Positions 15,710-25,361 of a DNA stretch of 64,000 bases are shown here, in pieces; within the stretch, counting starts at the first letter, position 1, and every line of letters starts with the position of its first letter. The notes beneath the pieces are model-generated. The model was not told where the DNA came from. It worked only from the letters and a program-made list of their open reading frames with translations, and ran no database searches. Origin of the DNA: Chloroflexota bacterium (GTDB lineage: Bacteria > Chloroflexota > UBA11872 > VXOZ01). Location of the stretch: the NCBI GenBank assembly GCA_963663275.1, contig OY760183.1, forward strand, positions 672,001 to 736,000, given 5' to 3'. The translations under genes and the position numbers were made by a program.

Positions 15710-16774
15710 ATGAGCAGCGAACTGCGTGCCGGTGTATTGGGTTTGGGGAGGGGCAAAAGCTTTGTGCCGGTGTTGCAGGCCATGGACGGGGTGACCGTGG
15801 CGGCGGTGGCGGATATGAATGCGGAGCGGCTGCAAGCGTTCGGCCGGGATCACGGCATCCCCCAATGCTTTACGACGTGCGCGGAGTTGCTTGCCGCCGA
15901 CCTGGACCTCGTGGTGGTGGCGACGCCGGTGGCGCAGCACGCCGAACAGGCAATCGCCGCGCTGGAGGCCGGGATACACGTAATCTCGGAGATTCCGACG
16001 ATTGGCACGCGCGAAGACGCGGAGCAACTCGTTGCGGCGGCGGAAAAAAGCGACGCCATCTACATGTGCGGCGAGAACTGCAACTACTGGGCGTTTGTGG
16101 ATTCTCTAAAGCGTCTCTACCGGCGCGGCGACTTCGGCCGCATCTTCGCCGCGGAAGCCGAGTACATCCACAACACTGCCACCTTGCGGCGTGACGAGCA
16201 CGGCAACCGCACCTGGCGCTGGTACATGGCGCCCATCACGTATATCACGCACAGTCTGGGCCCCATCATGTGGGTCACGGGTCAATATCCGGTGGAAGTA
16301 ACGTGTATGGGTACGGAAAGCAACTTCGAGCCGGGCCTCATCGACTTGCAGTGCGCGATTCTCCGCATGACGGACGGGAGCGTGGTGCGCATCGCGTGTT
16401 CGTTTTCCAACACCCACTGGGGCGGTCACCGCCAGGTGTACATGGGCACCAAGGCCACGTTCGATTCCGGCTGGATTGGCAAGGACGAGCCGAAGTTCCG
16501 GTACGCGGGCGAAGATTTCTCGGTACCCGACAACCTGCCGCTGGGCACAAGATACCCGGACGCGCCGGAGGCGGCCGCGCGTAGCGGCCGCGGCGCCGCC
16601 GAGTGGTATATGCTTACCGACTTCCTCACCGCCATCAGGACAGGCAGCGCGCCGGCCCTCGACGTGTACGAAGGCGTCATGCACAGCCTGGCCGGCGTCT
16701 GCGCCGCTGAATCCGCCGCCAACGGCGGCAAGCCGGTGGCCATCCCGCAATACCAATTACAGCGCGGCGCATAA
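15710..16774 (+). CDS. Gfo/Idh/MocA oxidoreductase (paralog 2, tandem duplicate)
   Basis: Colinear with 14545-15609 over all 354 aa, including the RBS region. Confidence 0.9.
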   Translation: MSSELRAGVLGLGRGKSFVPVLQAMDGVTVAAVADMNAERLQAFGRDHGIPQCFTTCAELLAADLDLVVVATPVAQHAEQAIAALEAGIHVISEIPTIGTREDAEQLVAAAEKSDAIYMCGENCNYWAFVDSLKRLYRRGDFGRIFAAEAEYIHNTATLRRDEHGNRTWRWYMAPITYITHSLGPIMWVTGQYPVEVTCMGTESNFEPGLIDLQCAILRMTDGSVVRIACSFSNTHWGGHRQVYMGTKATFDSGWIGKDEPKFRYAGEDFSVPDNLPLGTRYPDAPEAAARSGRGAAEWYMLTDFLTAIRTGSAPALDVYEGVMHSLAGVCAAESAANGGKPVAIPQYQLQRGA

Positions 16775-16845
16775 ATCACGGCGGCAAGCGCACGGACTCC
16801 CGCTCCCTGGGGAGAGTGCTAGCAAAGGGACTCCCTCTCCCTCAG

Positions 16846-16985
16846 GAGACCTTTGCATAACCCCTTGCCCATTGAGGGGGAAGGCTGGGATGGGGATGAA
16901 ATGGCTTGACGGTATGCCTTATTTAGTTGTAACACCGCTCTGGATTCCGGCTTTCGCCGGAATGACAGAGTTATGCAAAGGCCTC
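16846..16985 (-). mobile_element. 140-bp MITE inserted in the loop of a family F hairpin, target-site duplication CTCAG
   Basis: GAGACCTTTGCATAAC...GTTATGCAAAGGCCTC. CTCAG at 16841-16845 and 16986-16990. Confidence 0.9.
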
Positions 16986-17012
16986 CTCAGGGAGAGGGCC
17001 GGGGTGAGGGGG

Positions 17013-17284
17013 TAATGTTGTCGCATTGAACGCAATGAAAATGAAGACCACGCTCGTTTCTCCGATAGCGCAGGTTCGCGCGGGAGGTGCGCGCAACCTG
17101 CGTCTTCCGTAGGGTCAATCAATTCCGTTCTCATTTTTCTTGTTCCGGCGGGGGGCAAGCCCCCGCGCTACGTTGACGCGACAGCAATGGGTGAAGGTGG
17201 ACAAGCCCCCGCGCTACGTTAACGCTCATTGTTTTTGTTCCGGCGGGGGACAAGCCTCCGCGCTACGTTAATGCGACAGCATTG
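17013..17284 (+). mobile_element. 177-bp MITE (17013-17189; TAATGTTGTCGCATT-type ends) with a duplicated right end extending to 17284
   Basis: Reverse-complement match to 48388-48564. GGTGAGGGGG at 17003-17012 and 17285-17294. Confidence 0.8.
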
Positions 17285-17298
17285 GGTGAGGGGGCAAG

Positions 17299-17383
17299 GC
17301 AGCGCCGTTCCAGACCACCCCAAAGAGCCGGTGGAACTACGCAGCGCCGTTCCAGACCATCTCCAACAAGCCGGCGGAACTAC
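17299..17383 (-). repeat. Two tandem 42/43-bp units of a further GTAG-headed hairpin (GTAGTTCC...GGAAC)
   Basis: GCAGCGCCGTTCCAGACCA...GCCGGYGGAACTAC at 17299-17340 and 17341-17383. Confidence 0.7.
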
Positions 17384-17412
17384 CCAGAATGCGCCAAAGA
17401 GGAGGCATAACC

Positions 17413-18609
17413 GTGCTCGATGCTCCGCACTTTCCCGGGATTCATCCGGAGACGACCGCTTTGCGCGCGGCGTTGGCTCACGCCGGTGTCGTCAATCCGC
17501 ATACGGGCGAACCCTTCACCGAGGCTATGGTCTTCGGCATTGCCGGCGGCGTCGGCGCTGGTGTGTTCCACTTCTACTACGCCGCCGAGGATTTCGCCAG
17601 CTTCTACGTTGCCGGACGGCATAGCTGGCACGACAGCGACGTGTATCTCAACAATGCCTGCCTGCGCTTTGGCGTCACGCCCGCCGTCCACGAATCCGGC
17701 GGCAAGAAGAAGGCCGCTACCCTTTTGGCCGGCGCGGTTGCGGCTACCGGCTGCGCCATTGCCTGGGTGGACATGGGCCTCCTGCCCTATCGGGGCGCGC
17801 CGGCGGGCATGGAAGGCGGCGGCTACCACGTGGTGACGGTCTACCGCCTGGCTGACGGCGAGGCGCTGGTTGGCGATCTTACCAATGAGCCGATTGCCCT
17901 CTCCCTGGACGACCTGGCGGCGGCCCGGGCGCGCATCAAGAAGCAGAAGAACCGCGTGATGACCGTTGCCGCCGGGGAGCGGGACGTCGACCTGCGCGCA
18001 GCGGCCTTGGCGGGCATCGCGGCCTGCCACGACGGCCTGCAAAACCAGCGCATGAAGAACTTCACCCTGGAGGCGTTCAAGACCTGGGCCGATCGCATCC
18101 ACGGCAGCCGCGGCAAGGATAGCTGGGAGCAGGTCTTTCCGCCGGGGCACCGCCTGCTGCAGGGCCTGCGCTCGGTCTACGACTTCATCGAGCACTACCA
18201 CACCGGCGGCGGCTTGATGCGCCCGCTCTACGCCGCCTTCTTCCGCGAGGCGGCCGCGGCCCTGGACGATGAGTCCTTCCTGCCGCTGGCGGAGATGTAC
18301 GCCAAACTCGGCCGGCAGTGGAGCGAACTGGCCGACGCGGCGCTGCCTGATGACGTGGCGCCCTTCCGCGAAGCGAAAGCGTTGCTCGCCCGCCGGGAGG
18401 CGCTCTTCCTCAGCCACGCGCCGGCCGCTACCGCGGAGATCGAAGACATCTGGTCCCAACTCGGCGCTTTGGAGCAGGCCATGAGCCAGGACTTCCCGCT
18501 CACGGACGCCGAAAGCGCCAACCTCAGAGCCGCGCTGCGGGAACGCATCCTGGACATCTACGCCCAGGAACGCGCCGCCCATGAGGCGTTGGGCGCTCTG
18601 GTAAGCTAG
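17413..18609 (+). CDS. BtrH N-terminal / DUF4872 domain protein
   Basis: HPETTALRAAL, PHTGEPFTEAMVFGIAGG, WVDMGLLPY, YHVVTVY and GGGLMRPLYAAF. GAGGAGG precedes the GTG. Confidence 0.7.
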   Translation: MLDAPHFPGIHPETTALRAALAHAGVVNPHTGEPFTEAMVFGIAGGVGAGVFHFYYAAEDFASFYVAGRHSWHDSDVYLNNACLRFGVTPAVHESGGKKKAATLLAGAVAATGCAIAWVDMGLLPYRGAPAGMEGGGYHVVTVYRLADGEALVGDLTNEPIALSLDDLAAARARIKKQKNRVMTVAAGERDVDLRAAALAGIAACHDGLQNQRMKNFTLEAFKTWADRIHGSRGKDSWEQVFPPGHRLLQGLRSVYDFIEHYHTGGGLMRPLYAAFFREAAAALDDESFLPLAEMYAKLGRQWSELADAALPDDVAPFREAKALLARREALFLSHAPAATAEIEDIWSQLGALEQAMSQDFPLTDAESANLRAALRERILDIYAQERAAHEALGALVS

Positions 18610-18676
18610 GCTCCTTGTGGCTGCATGGCTGCTGCAGCATGTTTCGCCACCGAACGATGCATCGTAGCGCGGAGGC

Positions 18677-19282
18677 CTAATGCCGCAGCGCGCGCCGCAC
18701 TTCGTCGATGAGCATCGGCTCGGCCTGGAGCCGGATGGCGCTTTGCAGGTCGGCCCGCGCCTTGTCGGGACTGCCGGTGTAGCCGTGCGCCAGCGCGCGG
18801 AAGGCGTAGGCGCGGGCATGGCCGCCGTCGAGCTGAATCGCGCGGGTGAACTCCGCTATTGCGCCGTCGAAATCGCCAAGGTCGTAGTACGCGAGACCGC
18901 GCGCGAAATGCCGGGCGGACGGATCTTCCGCCGGTCTGGACGTGGCCGCCGCGGTTGCGCGGGGTGGCTCGGCCAGAGACTCCGCGGGCGCTCGCGCCTC
19001 GGGTTCACTGCGCCAGGTGTAGTAGGTGAGCGGGTGACTCGAATAGGTGAGCCTGTGCGGGATTTCCCCACTGGCGTAGCCCGCCTGGCGGCTGTAGTAA
19101 TCCTTGTAGATGAAAGCGTTGGCGCGGTCGAAGTGCCCCGCCAATTCCGCGCGCGGCGTCGTGGCCACCCAGCGATAGTCCAGGCGCGCTTGCTTTGCCT
19201 CCGGCGCGGACGCCCCGCTCGCATCGCAAGCCGCCAGGGCGAGCATGAACAGGAGCATCAACCGGAGTAGCGATCGTCTCAT
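18677..19282 (-). CDS. Lipoprotein with C-terminal TPR repeats
   Basis: Lipobox LAAC. TPR pattern HFARGLAYYDLGDFDGAIAEFTRAIQLD...AYAFRALAH. Confidence 0.8.
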   Translation of the reverse strand: MRRSLLRLMLLFMLALAACDASGASAPEAKQARLDYRWVATTPRAELAGHFDRANAFIYKDYYSRQAGYASGEIPHRLTYSSHPLTYYTWRSEPEARAPAESLAEPPRATAAATSRPAEDPSARHFARGLAYYDLGDFDGAIAEFTRAIQLDGGHARAYAFRALAHGYTGSPDKARADLQSAIRLQAEPMLIDEVRRALRH

Positions 19283-19699
19283 GCTCTTTCCTCGGTATGC
19301 TTCCCTTTTGCCCGGTTGATCACTATTTCACCACGTCACGGCGCGCCTTGCTACTCCCAAGCCGCTTTTCCAGCTTCTCCCAGCCCTCTGCGGGAGCGGC
19401 GCGGAGGCTCGAGCATAGATTTCCGTCCCCCGCCGCTTGCGCAGGTTACAAACCTGGGCTACCGGAGAAGATGGCCGCGCCTGGCGGCCCCGCTCCGGCG
19501 GTGGAGGTTCGCTTGGCCGTCCGGTAGAACGGCGGCGCGCGCCGGAAGTATATACTGTCAAGGTGGTTCTTTCTGACGGATATAGTCTGCTATGCCACGC
19601 TGACGCGCCGCCGTCACCGGCTGCGCGGAATGGCGCAGTTGGCATACCGGCCGCTTGCCGGAGAAGTCACGCACCCTGAGGCGGATGGGAACACGCGAT

Positions 19700-21103
19700 A
19701 TGGACCCGGTAGCAGATTTGTGCAGATTTGTTGCGGCCTTGCGGTACGATGACCTGCCGCCGGGCGCGGTAGCCGCAGTCAAGGCGCAGATCGCCGACGC
19801 TCTGGCGTGCGCCTTGGCCGGGTCGGCGGCGCCGTTGAGCGCGGCAATCGCGGCGCGCCACGCCCGCTGGGGCGGCGCGCCGGAAGCGACAACGCTGGTC
19901 TACAGCCACCGCCTGCCCGCGCCCACGGCGGCCTGGCTCAACGCGGCCATGATCCACGCCCACGACTTCGACGACTCGCATCGCGCCTCAAACCAACACG
20001 TGTTCGTAACGGTCCTGCCCGCCGCGCTGGCCGTTGGCGAGAGTCTGGGCCGGCCGCTCGCCGGGCGCGACATGATAACGGCCCTCGCCGCCGGGGCGGA
20101 GTTGCAGATTCGCGTGGGTCTCTCCGTGCTGCCGTCCATGCACGTCGGTTGGCTGCCCACGGCGGTCTTCGGCGGATTGGGCGCGGCGGCGGCCGGCGCC
20201 AGGCTGCTCGGTTTGGACGTGGATCGCACGGCCAACGCCGTCGGGCTGGCCTACGCGCAAACGCAGGGCAACCGCCAGGGCCTGCTGGAAGGGACGCTCG
20301 CCAAGCGCCTGACGCCGGCCTTCAGCGCCCGCGCGGGCGTGCACGCCGCCATGTTGGCGGAAATCGGCGTCACCGGCCCCCGCGCGCTCACCGCGGGCGA
20401 CTTTGGCCTCTTCGCGCTCTTTGGCGGCGCGGACGGCGATGGCGGCGGCGATCCGGCCGCGCTCACGGCGGGGCTGGGCGCGCGCTTCGCCGTGGAAGAC
20501 ATCGCCTTGAAGCCGTATCCCTGCTGCCGCGCCGCGCACCGGCCCATCGACATGGCGCTGGAGGCCGCGGCGGCACTGCGACCGTTCGACCCGGATGCCA
20601 TCGCCGCCGTGGAGCTTTGGCTGCATCCGCGCGCCCACGCGCTCATCGGCCAGCCCTTCCACATCCGGCAGAATCCCCAGGTGGACGCGCAGTTCAGCGC
20701 GCAGTGGACGGTGGCGTTCGCGCTGCTGCGGGGCGCGCCCGGGCTGGCGGACTTCGCACCGGAGGCCGTGCGCGCGGCCGCGGACGTGCAGGCCCTGGCC
20801 GCCAAGATCCAGGTGCGCCGCCTGCCCGACGCCGACCCGGCTACGTTGGAAAGCCTCACGCTAACACTCCAAGACGGACGCCAAACCACCATCCGCCACG
20901 CCGAAATCAAAGGCGAACCCGGCCTGCCGCTCTCCCGCGCGGAACGCCTGGCAAAGTTCACCGCCGGCGCCGCTTACGCCCACACCCCGCTGGACGCGCA
21001 AACGGCGGAGCGGGTCTTCCGCGCAATCGAACGGCTGGAGACGCTGGACGACCTGCGCCCGCTCATCGCGCAACTAGCGCCGTCGTCAGGCGCGGCGCGC
21101 TAA
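19700..21103 (+). CDS. MmgE/PrpD family protein
   Basis: Motifs AAWLNAAMIHAHDFDDSH, GWLPTAVFG, LKPYPCCRAAH and VDAQFS. Confidence 0.9.
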   Translation: MDPVADLCRFVAALRYDDLPPGAVAAVKAQIADALACALAGSAAPLSAAIAARHARWGGAPEATTLVYSHRLPAPTAAWLNAAMIHAHDFDDSHRASNQHVFVTVLPAALAVGESLGRPLAGRDMITALAAGAELQIRVGLSVLPSMHVGWLPTAVFGGLGAAAAGARLLGLDVDRTANAVGLAYAQTQGNRQGLLEGTLAKRLTPAFSARAGVHAAMLAEIGVTGPRALTAGDFGLFALFGGADGDGGGDPAALTAGLGARFAVEDIALKPYPCCRAAHRPIDMALEAAAALRPFDPDAIAAVELWLHPRAHALIGQPFHIRQNPQVDAQFSAQWTVAFALLRGAPGLADFAPEAVRAAADVQALAAKIQVRRLPDADPATLESLTLTLQDGRQTTIRHAEIKGEPGLPLSRAERLAKFTAGAAYAHTPLDAQTAERVFRAIERLETLDDLRPLIAQLAPSSGAAR

Positions 21104-21274
21104 GCGGGGTAGGCGACGAAACGGCAGGCAGTTGCGTAAGTGGTCGGGTCTTTCGCGGAATCAAAGAAGCATCCGTTCATCCTTCGGCCCTTCGACAAGC
21201 TCAGGGCAGTCAGGCTCGGGACGAACGGATACTCGCTCTTGCATGGCGGAGAATACGCAAGGGTTATCCGGTGT

Positions 21275-21994
21275 TCAAGGCACGAACTTTATCAACGCAA
21301 CCGCAAGACTGACGCTTGCGATATTGACGGCTATAATACCCATGCCCATGATCCACAAGTGGCGATAGAGATCCGCACCCAGCTTTTGGATGTCGGTTTG
21401 CAACTCTGCATGTATCACGCGGACGTTGCCCTGCACCGCTTGGATGTCTGCTTGCAACTCTCCTTGCATCACGCGGGCGTTGTCCCCCACCGCCTGGATG
21501 TCGCTTTGCAGTTCCCCTTGCATCACGCGGGCGTTGCCCTGCACCGCTTGGATGTCTGCTTGCAACTCCCCTTGCATCACGCGGGCGTTGTCCCGTACCG
21601 TGTGGATGTCGCTTTGCAACTCCCCTTGCATCATGTGGGCGTTGTCCCGCACCGCTTGGATGTCTGTTTGCAACTCCCCTTGCATCACGCGGGAGTCGCT
21701 CCGCATCGCGTGGATGTCGTTCTGCATGACGCGGATCGTCTCTTGCATCGCGTGGATGTCCTCTTGCGTCGTGCGGATGTCGTTCTGCATGACGCCGACC
21801 TTCTCTTGAATCGCGTGGATGTCGGCCTGCATTATGCGCATGTCGGCCCGCATCACCTGGAGGTCGGCTTTGGTGGCCAACTCGCCGGTAGCCTCTTCCC
21901 AGACCTCTACCAAAGCGCCGGCTTGGGATTCGGAAAACCCGGCCGTATTGAGCAACCGCGCCGCCTTGAGTGTGTCGAATGGAGTTGCCGCCAT
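21275..21994 (-). CDS. DUF1640/CCDC90-like coiled-coil protein with C-terminal membrane anchor and internal tandem repeats
   Basis: N-terminal FDTLKAARLLNTAGFSESQA...ELATKADL, 7-aa and 18-aa repeats, C-terminal hydrophobic tail. GGAGAG upstream. Confidence 0.8.
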   Translation of the reverse strand: MAATPFDTLKAARLLNTAGFSESQAGALVEVWEEATGELATKADLQVMRADMRIMQADIHAIQEKVGVMQNDIRTTQEDIHAMQETIRVMQNDIHAMRSDSRVMQGELQTDIQAVRDNAHMMQGELQSDIHTVRDNARVMQGELQADIQAVQGNARVMQGELQSDIQAVGDNARVMQGELQADIQAVQGNVRVIHAELQTDIQKLGADLYRHLWIMGMGIIAVNIASVSLAVALIKFVP

Positions 21995-22230
21995 TGCGCC
22001 TCTCTCCGGTATCCGCGCGTCAGGACTATCATAAACATCATGGTACTACCGCTGCCTCTTTGGAGCAAGACGCTGCGCCGCGCCCAGCGGACCGGGAGCG
22101 GCGGCAAGCGGCGCGATTCTCGCGGCGCCACCGCGCGGTTTACTTTGGCAGATAGTTCACCGAAAATGGTGTGTGGGCGCATCCACAATACCGGAACGAG
22201 ATACGCGCCTATGCTAAGAGACAGGAGCAG

Positions 22231-23007
22231 ATGATGAACGCACTTGAGGGGCGGCGGGCGTTGGTGACCGGCGCGGGGATTGGCATTGGGCAGGGCATTG
22301 CGCTCGAATTGGCGCGGCAGGGGGCGGCGGTGGCCGTGCACTACTATGCCGACAGCGTGGCCGGCGGGCAGGAGACCGTGGCGGCAATCGAGGCGAGCGG
22401 CGGCACGGCGCTGCCAATCGAGGCCGACCTGACGGACGTGGCGGCCTGCCGCCGGGCGGTGGACGAAGCGGCGGCCGGCTTGGGCGGCCTGGACGTGCTG
22501 ATAAACAACGCCGGCGTGACCGTGGAGACGCCCTTTCAGGAGACCAGCGAAACGCACTACAACCTGATGTTCGACCTGAACGTGCGCGGCTACTTCTTCT
22601 GCGCGCAACAGGCGCTGCCCCACATGCTGGCGCGGGGCGGCGGCAGTATTGTCAATATCTCTTCCGTGCACGGCTACGGGGGGTATGCGTCCCACGTGGC
22701 GTACGCCGGCACCAAAGGCGCGGTGAACGCTCTGACCCGCACGCTGGCAATCGAGCTTGCGCCGCAGCGCATTCGGGTCAATACGATTGGGCCGGGCCTC
22801 ATCGAGGTGCCGCGCTACTTCGACAACCCGGCGTACACCACTGAGAAAGGCGCGCGCCAGGTGCCCTGGGGGCGTGTGGGGCGTCCGAAGGACATCGGAC
22901 AGGTGGCGGCGTTCCTGGCCTCGGACGCCGCCGACTTCGTCACCGGACAGGTAATCTACGTGGACGGCGGCACCACGGCGGCCATGGCGCTGCAAGCGGC
23001 GGAGTAG
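22231..23007 (+). CDS. Short-chain dehydrogenase/reductase (FabG-like)
   Basis: Motifs [16 protein letters not shown] and YAGTK. Confidence 0.92.
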   Translation: MMNALEGRRALVTGAGIGIGQGIALELARQGAAVAVHYYADSVAGGQETVAAIEASGGTALPIEADLTDVAACRRAVDEAAAGLGGLDVLINNAGVTVETPFQETSETHYNLMFDLNVRGYFFCAQQALPHMLARGGGSIVNISSVHGYGGYASHVAYAGTKGAVNALTRTLAIELAPQRIRVNTIGPGLIEVPRYFDNPAYTTEKGARQVPWGRVGRPKDIGQVAAFLASDAADFVTGQVIYVDGGTTAAMALQAAE

Positions 23008-23051
23008 CGGGGCGCCGCCCGCGCAATTGCCCTAGGCCGCGCCGCCGGCGG

Positions 23052-24065
23052 CTATTCGGAGTCCCCGGCAGCGCCTTCCTCTTCCAGGGAGAGCAACCGC
23101 AGTTCGTCCCCGATCAACTGATACCGGCGCACCACCTTTTGCGTGGGGCAGCACATCGCGTCTTCCGGCCCGTGGGCCACCATGCGCACCGTGATGACGC
23201 CTTCCGCGATGGCGAGCGCCTCCAGTTGAATGCGGTCGCCCAGCGCGGCGGAGGCCGCGTGCAGCGGCGCGCCGCCGCGATTGACGACGGCGGCCAGGGA
23301 GTAGAACGTGCCGCTGCCGCCGCCGCTTGCCGCCAATACCGCCACAGCGTCGTCCACCCCGTCGCCGTCAAGGTCGCCAAAGGCGATCTGTTCGCTCAAC
23401 GCCAGGTAGATTGTGCTTGCGGAGTCCGGGTCGATCTTCTCTTCATAGGTACCGTCTTGCAGTTGCGCCTGCCCGGCTTTGGGGAACTCAGACCGGTAGG
23501 TGGCGTTGCGCAGCGCCGCGGCGGTTAGCTCCGCCGGCGCTTCAGCGGCCGGCGGAGCAATCGTCTCTTCGGAGAGCAACGTCAGTTCGTCGTCGATCAA
23601 CTGATACCGGCGCACGACCCTCTGGGTGGGGCAGCACAGCGGGTCTTGCGGTCCATGCGCCACCATCTGCACGGTGATGACGCCCTCCGCGATGGTGAGC
23701 GTTTCCAGTTGAATGCGGTCGCCCAGCAGCAGGGCGGAGGAAACGTGCACCGCCGCGCCGCCTTGATTGATGACGGCGGCCAAGGAGTAGAACGTGCCGC
23801 TGCCGCCGCCGCTTACCGCAAACACCACCGCGGCATCGTCAATCCCATCGCCGTTCAGGTCGCCGTCCGCGGCGATCGTCTGTACCACGTCGTCTACGGA
23901 CGTCCTTACGGCGCTGTCCACCGCTTCGAAGGTGAGCGTGGTTTCTCCCTCCGCCGTGGTCTCAGTGACCTGTACCGTCACCGTCGAACATCCACCCAAC
24001 AGCGCCGCCAGCACGAGCAAAGCCACGGCTAACGCGCGGTAGCCGCCGAACAGACCACGATCCAT
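23052..24065 (-). CDS. Lipoprotein with an internally duplicated domain of about 100 aa
   Basis: Lipobox LGGC. GDLxGDGxDDA...GGGSGTFYSLAAV...LGDRIQLE...HGPxDxxCCPT occurs twice. Confidence 0.75.
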   Translation of the reverse strand: MDRGLFGGYRALAVALLVLAALLGGCSTVTVQVTETTAEGETTLTFEAVDSAVRTSVDDVVQTIAADGDLNGDGIDDAAVVFAVSGGGSGTFYSLAAVINQGGAAVHVSSALLLGDRIQLETLTIAEGVITVQMVAHGPQDPLCCPTQRVVRRYQLIDDELTLLSEETIAPPAAEAPAELTAAALRNATYRSEFPKAGQAQLQDGTYEEKIDPDSASTIYLALSEQIAFGDLDGDGVDDAVAVLAASGGGSGTFYSLAAVVNRGGAPLHAASAALGDRIQLEALAIAEGVITVRMVAHGPEDAMCCPTQKVVRRYQLIGDELRLLSLEEEGAAGDSE

Positions 24066-24287
24066 GAGCGCCTCTCCGTGCTTCCTGATGCGTTTCGTGC
24101 TATGTACAGGCTTGCGGCCATGCGGCGCGCGCCCTCTTCCCTTTCCCAGCCGCCGCGCCGCTAGCGCCGCGAGCGCCGGCGAGGAGCCTTGCGCTGGTCT
24201 TGCCACACTAATCATTGCATCCCGCGCGCTTGCCGTCTACAGGCGGGGGCGACTATTCTGCAACAGTGGCGTATCATTGGAGTTCCC

Positions 24288-25157
24288 ATGCCGTATTTTC
24301 GCGTCATCCTTGCGCTGTGCGCCTCCGTTGCCATCATCAGCAGCGCCTCGATTCTGATCAAGCTGGCGGACGCGCCGGTGCTCATCATTGCCGCTTACCG
24401 GCTGGGCATTGCCGCGCTTGTGCTGCTGCCGCTGGCGTTCACCTTGCGCCGGGAGCGCCTGCGGGCGTTGCGCGGCCGCGATTGGCTGGTGGCGGCGGTG
24501 GCGGGCAGCTTTCTGGGCCTGCACTTCATCGCCTGGATCGCCTCGCTGGAATATACGTCGGTCGCCAGTTCCGTCGTTCTCGTTACCATTAACCCGATTT
24601 TCGTGGGTCTCGGCATGGTGATCATCTTCCGGGAGCGGCTCCATCCGCTGCTGGTGTGGGGCATCGCGCTCTCGGTGACCGGCGGCATCCTGATCGGCTA
24701 CAGCGACTTTCAGGTGGAAGGCCAGGCGCTCTTGGGCGACGCGCTGGCGCTGCTGGGCGCGGTCTTCCACTCCGCCTACCTGCTGCTGGGACAGCGCCTG
24801 CGCCAACGGCTCGACCTGCTGCCGTACATCACGGCGGTCTACGGCATGGCGGCGCTACTGGTGCTGGCCGCGGCGCTGGCGACGCAGCAGCCCTTCACCG
24901 GCTACGCGCCCGCCACGTACCTGGTGATGGTCCTCCTGGCGCTGGGACCGCAACTCCTCGGCCACACGGCCTACAACTGGACCCTGCGCTACGTCTCCGC
25001 CGCAGTGGTGGCGGTGGCCATCCTGGGCGAGCCGGTGGGCGCGAGCATCTTGGCCTATTTCATCCTGGATGAGCGCCTGACGCTGCTGCAAGTCGGCGGC
25101 GGGGCGCTGGTGCTGCTGGGCATCTACCTGGCCCTGCGCACGCAGAAGCGCGCGTAG
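24288..25157 (+). CDS. DMT/EamA family transporter
   Basis: About 10 transmembrane segments. Motifs SLEYTSVASS, LGHTAYNW and LGEPVGAS. Confidence 0.9.
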   Translation: MPYFRVILALCASVAIISSASILIKLADAPVLIIAAYRLGIAALVLLPLAFTLRRERLRALRGRDWLVAAVAGSFLGLHFIAWIASLEYTSVASSVVLVTINPIFVGLGMVIIFRERLHPLLVWGIALSVTGGILIGYSDFQVEGQALLGDALALLGAVFHSAYLLLGQRLRQRLDLLPYITAVYGMAALLVLAAALATQQPFTGYAPATYLVMVLLALGPQLLGHTAYNWTLRYVSAAVVAVAILGEPVGASILAYFILDERLTLLQVGGGALVLLGIYLALRTQKRA

Positions 25158-25361
25158 CGTTTTGCGGCGGAAAGGTAAGTTGCTATCGAAGTGAAACGCG
25201 CTTGCGTCTGCCGCGCGCGTTGCCCAGAACCCTTAATCTGCCATGTATTCCTTACTCTCCGGGTGCTTGCTCTCTGTGCCTACTCTATAATGACGGCAGA
25301 TACGACCCTCAAGTGTACGGTCCGTTGTCTCTAACGTCGCACTTTGAAAGAGTACGGTTCC

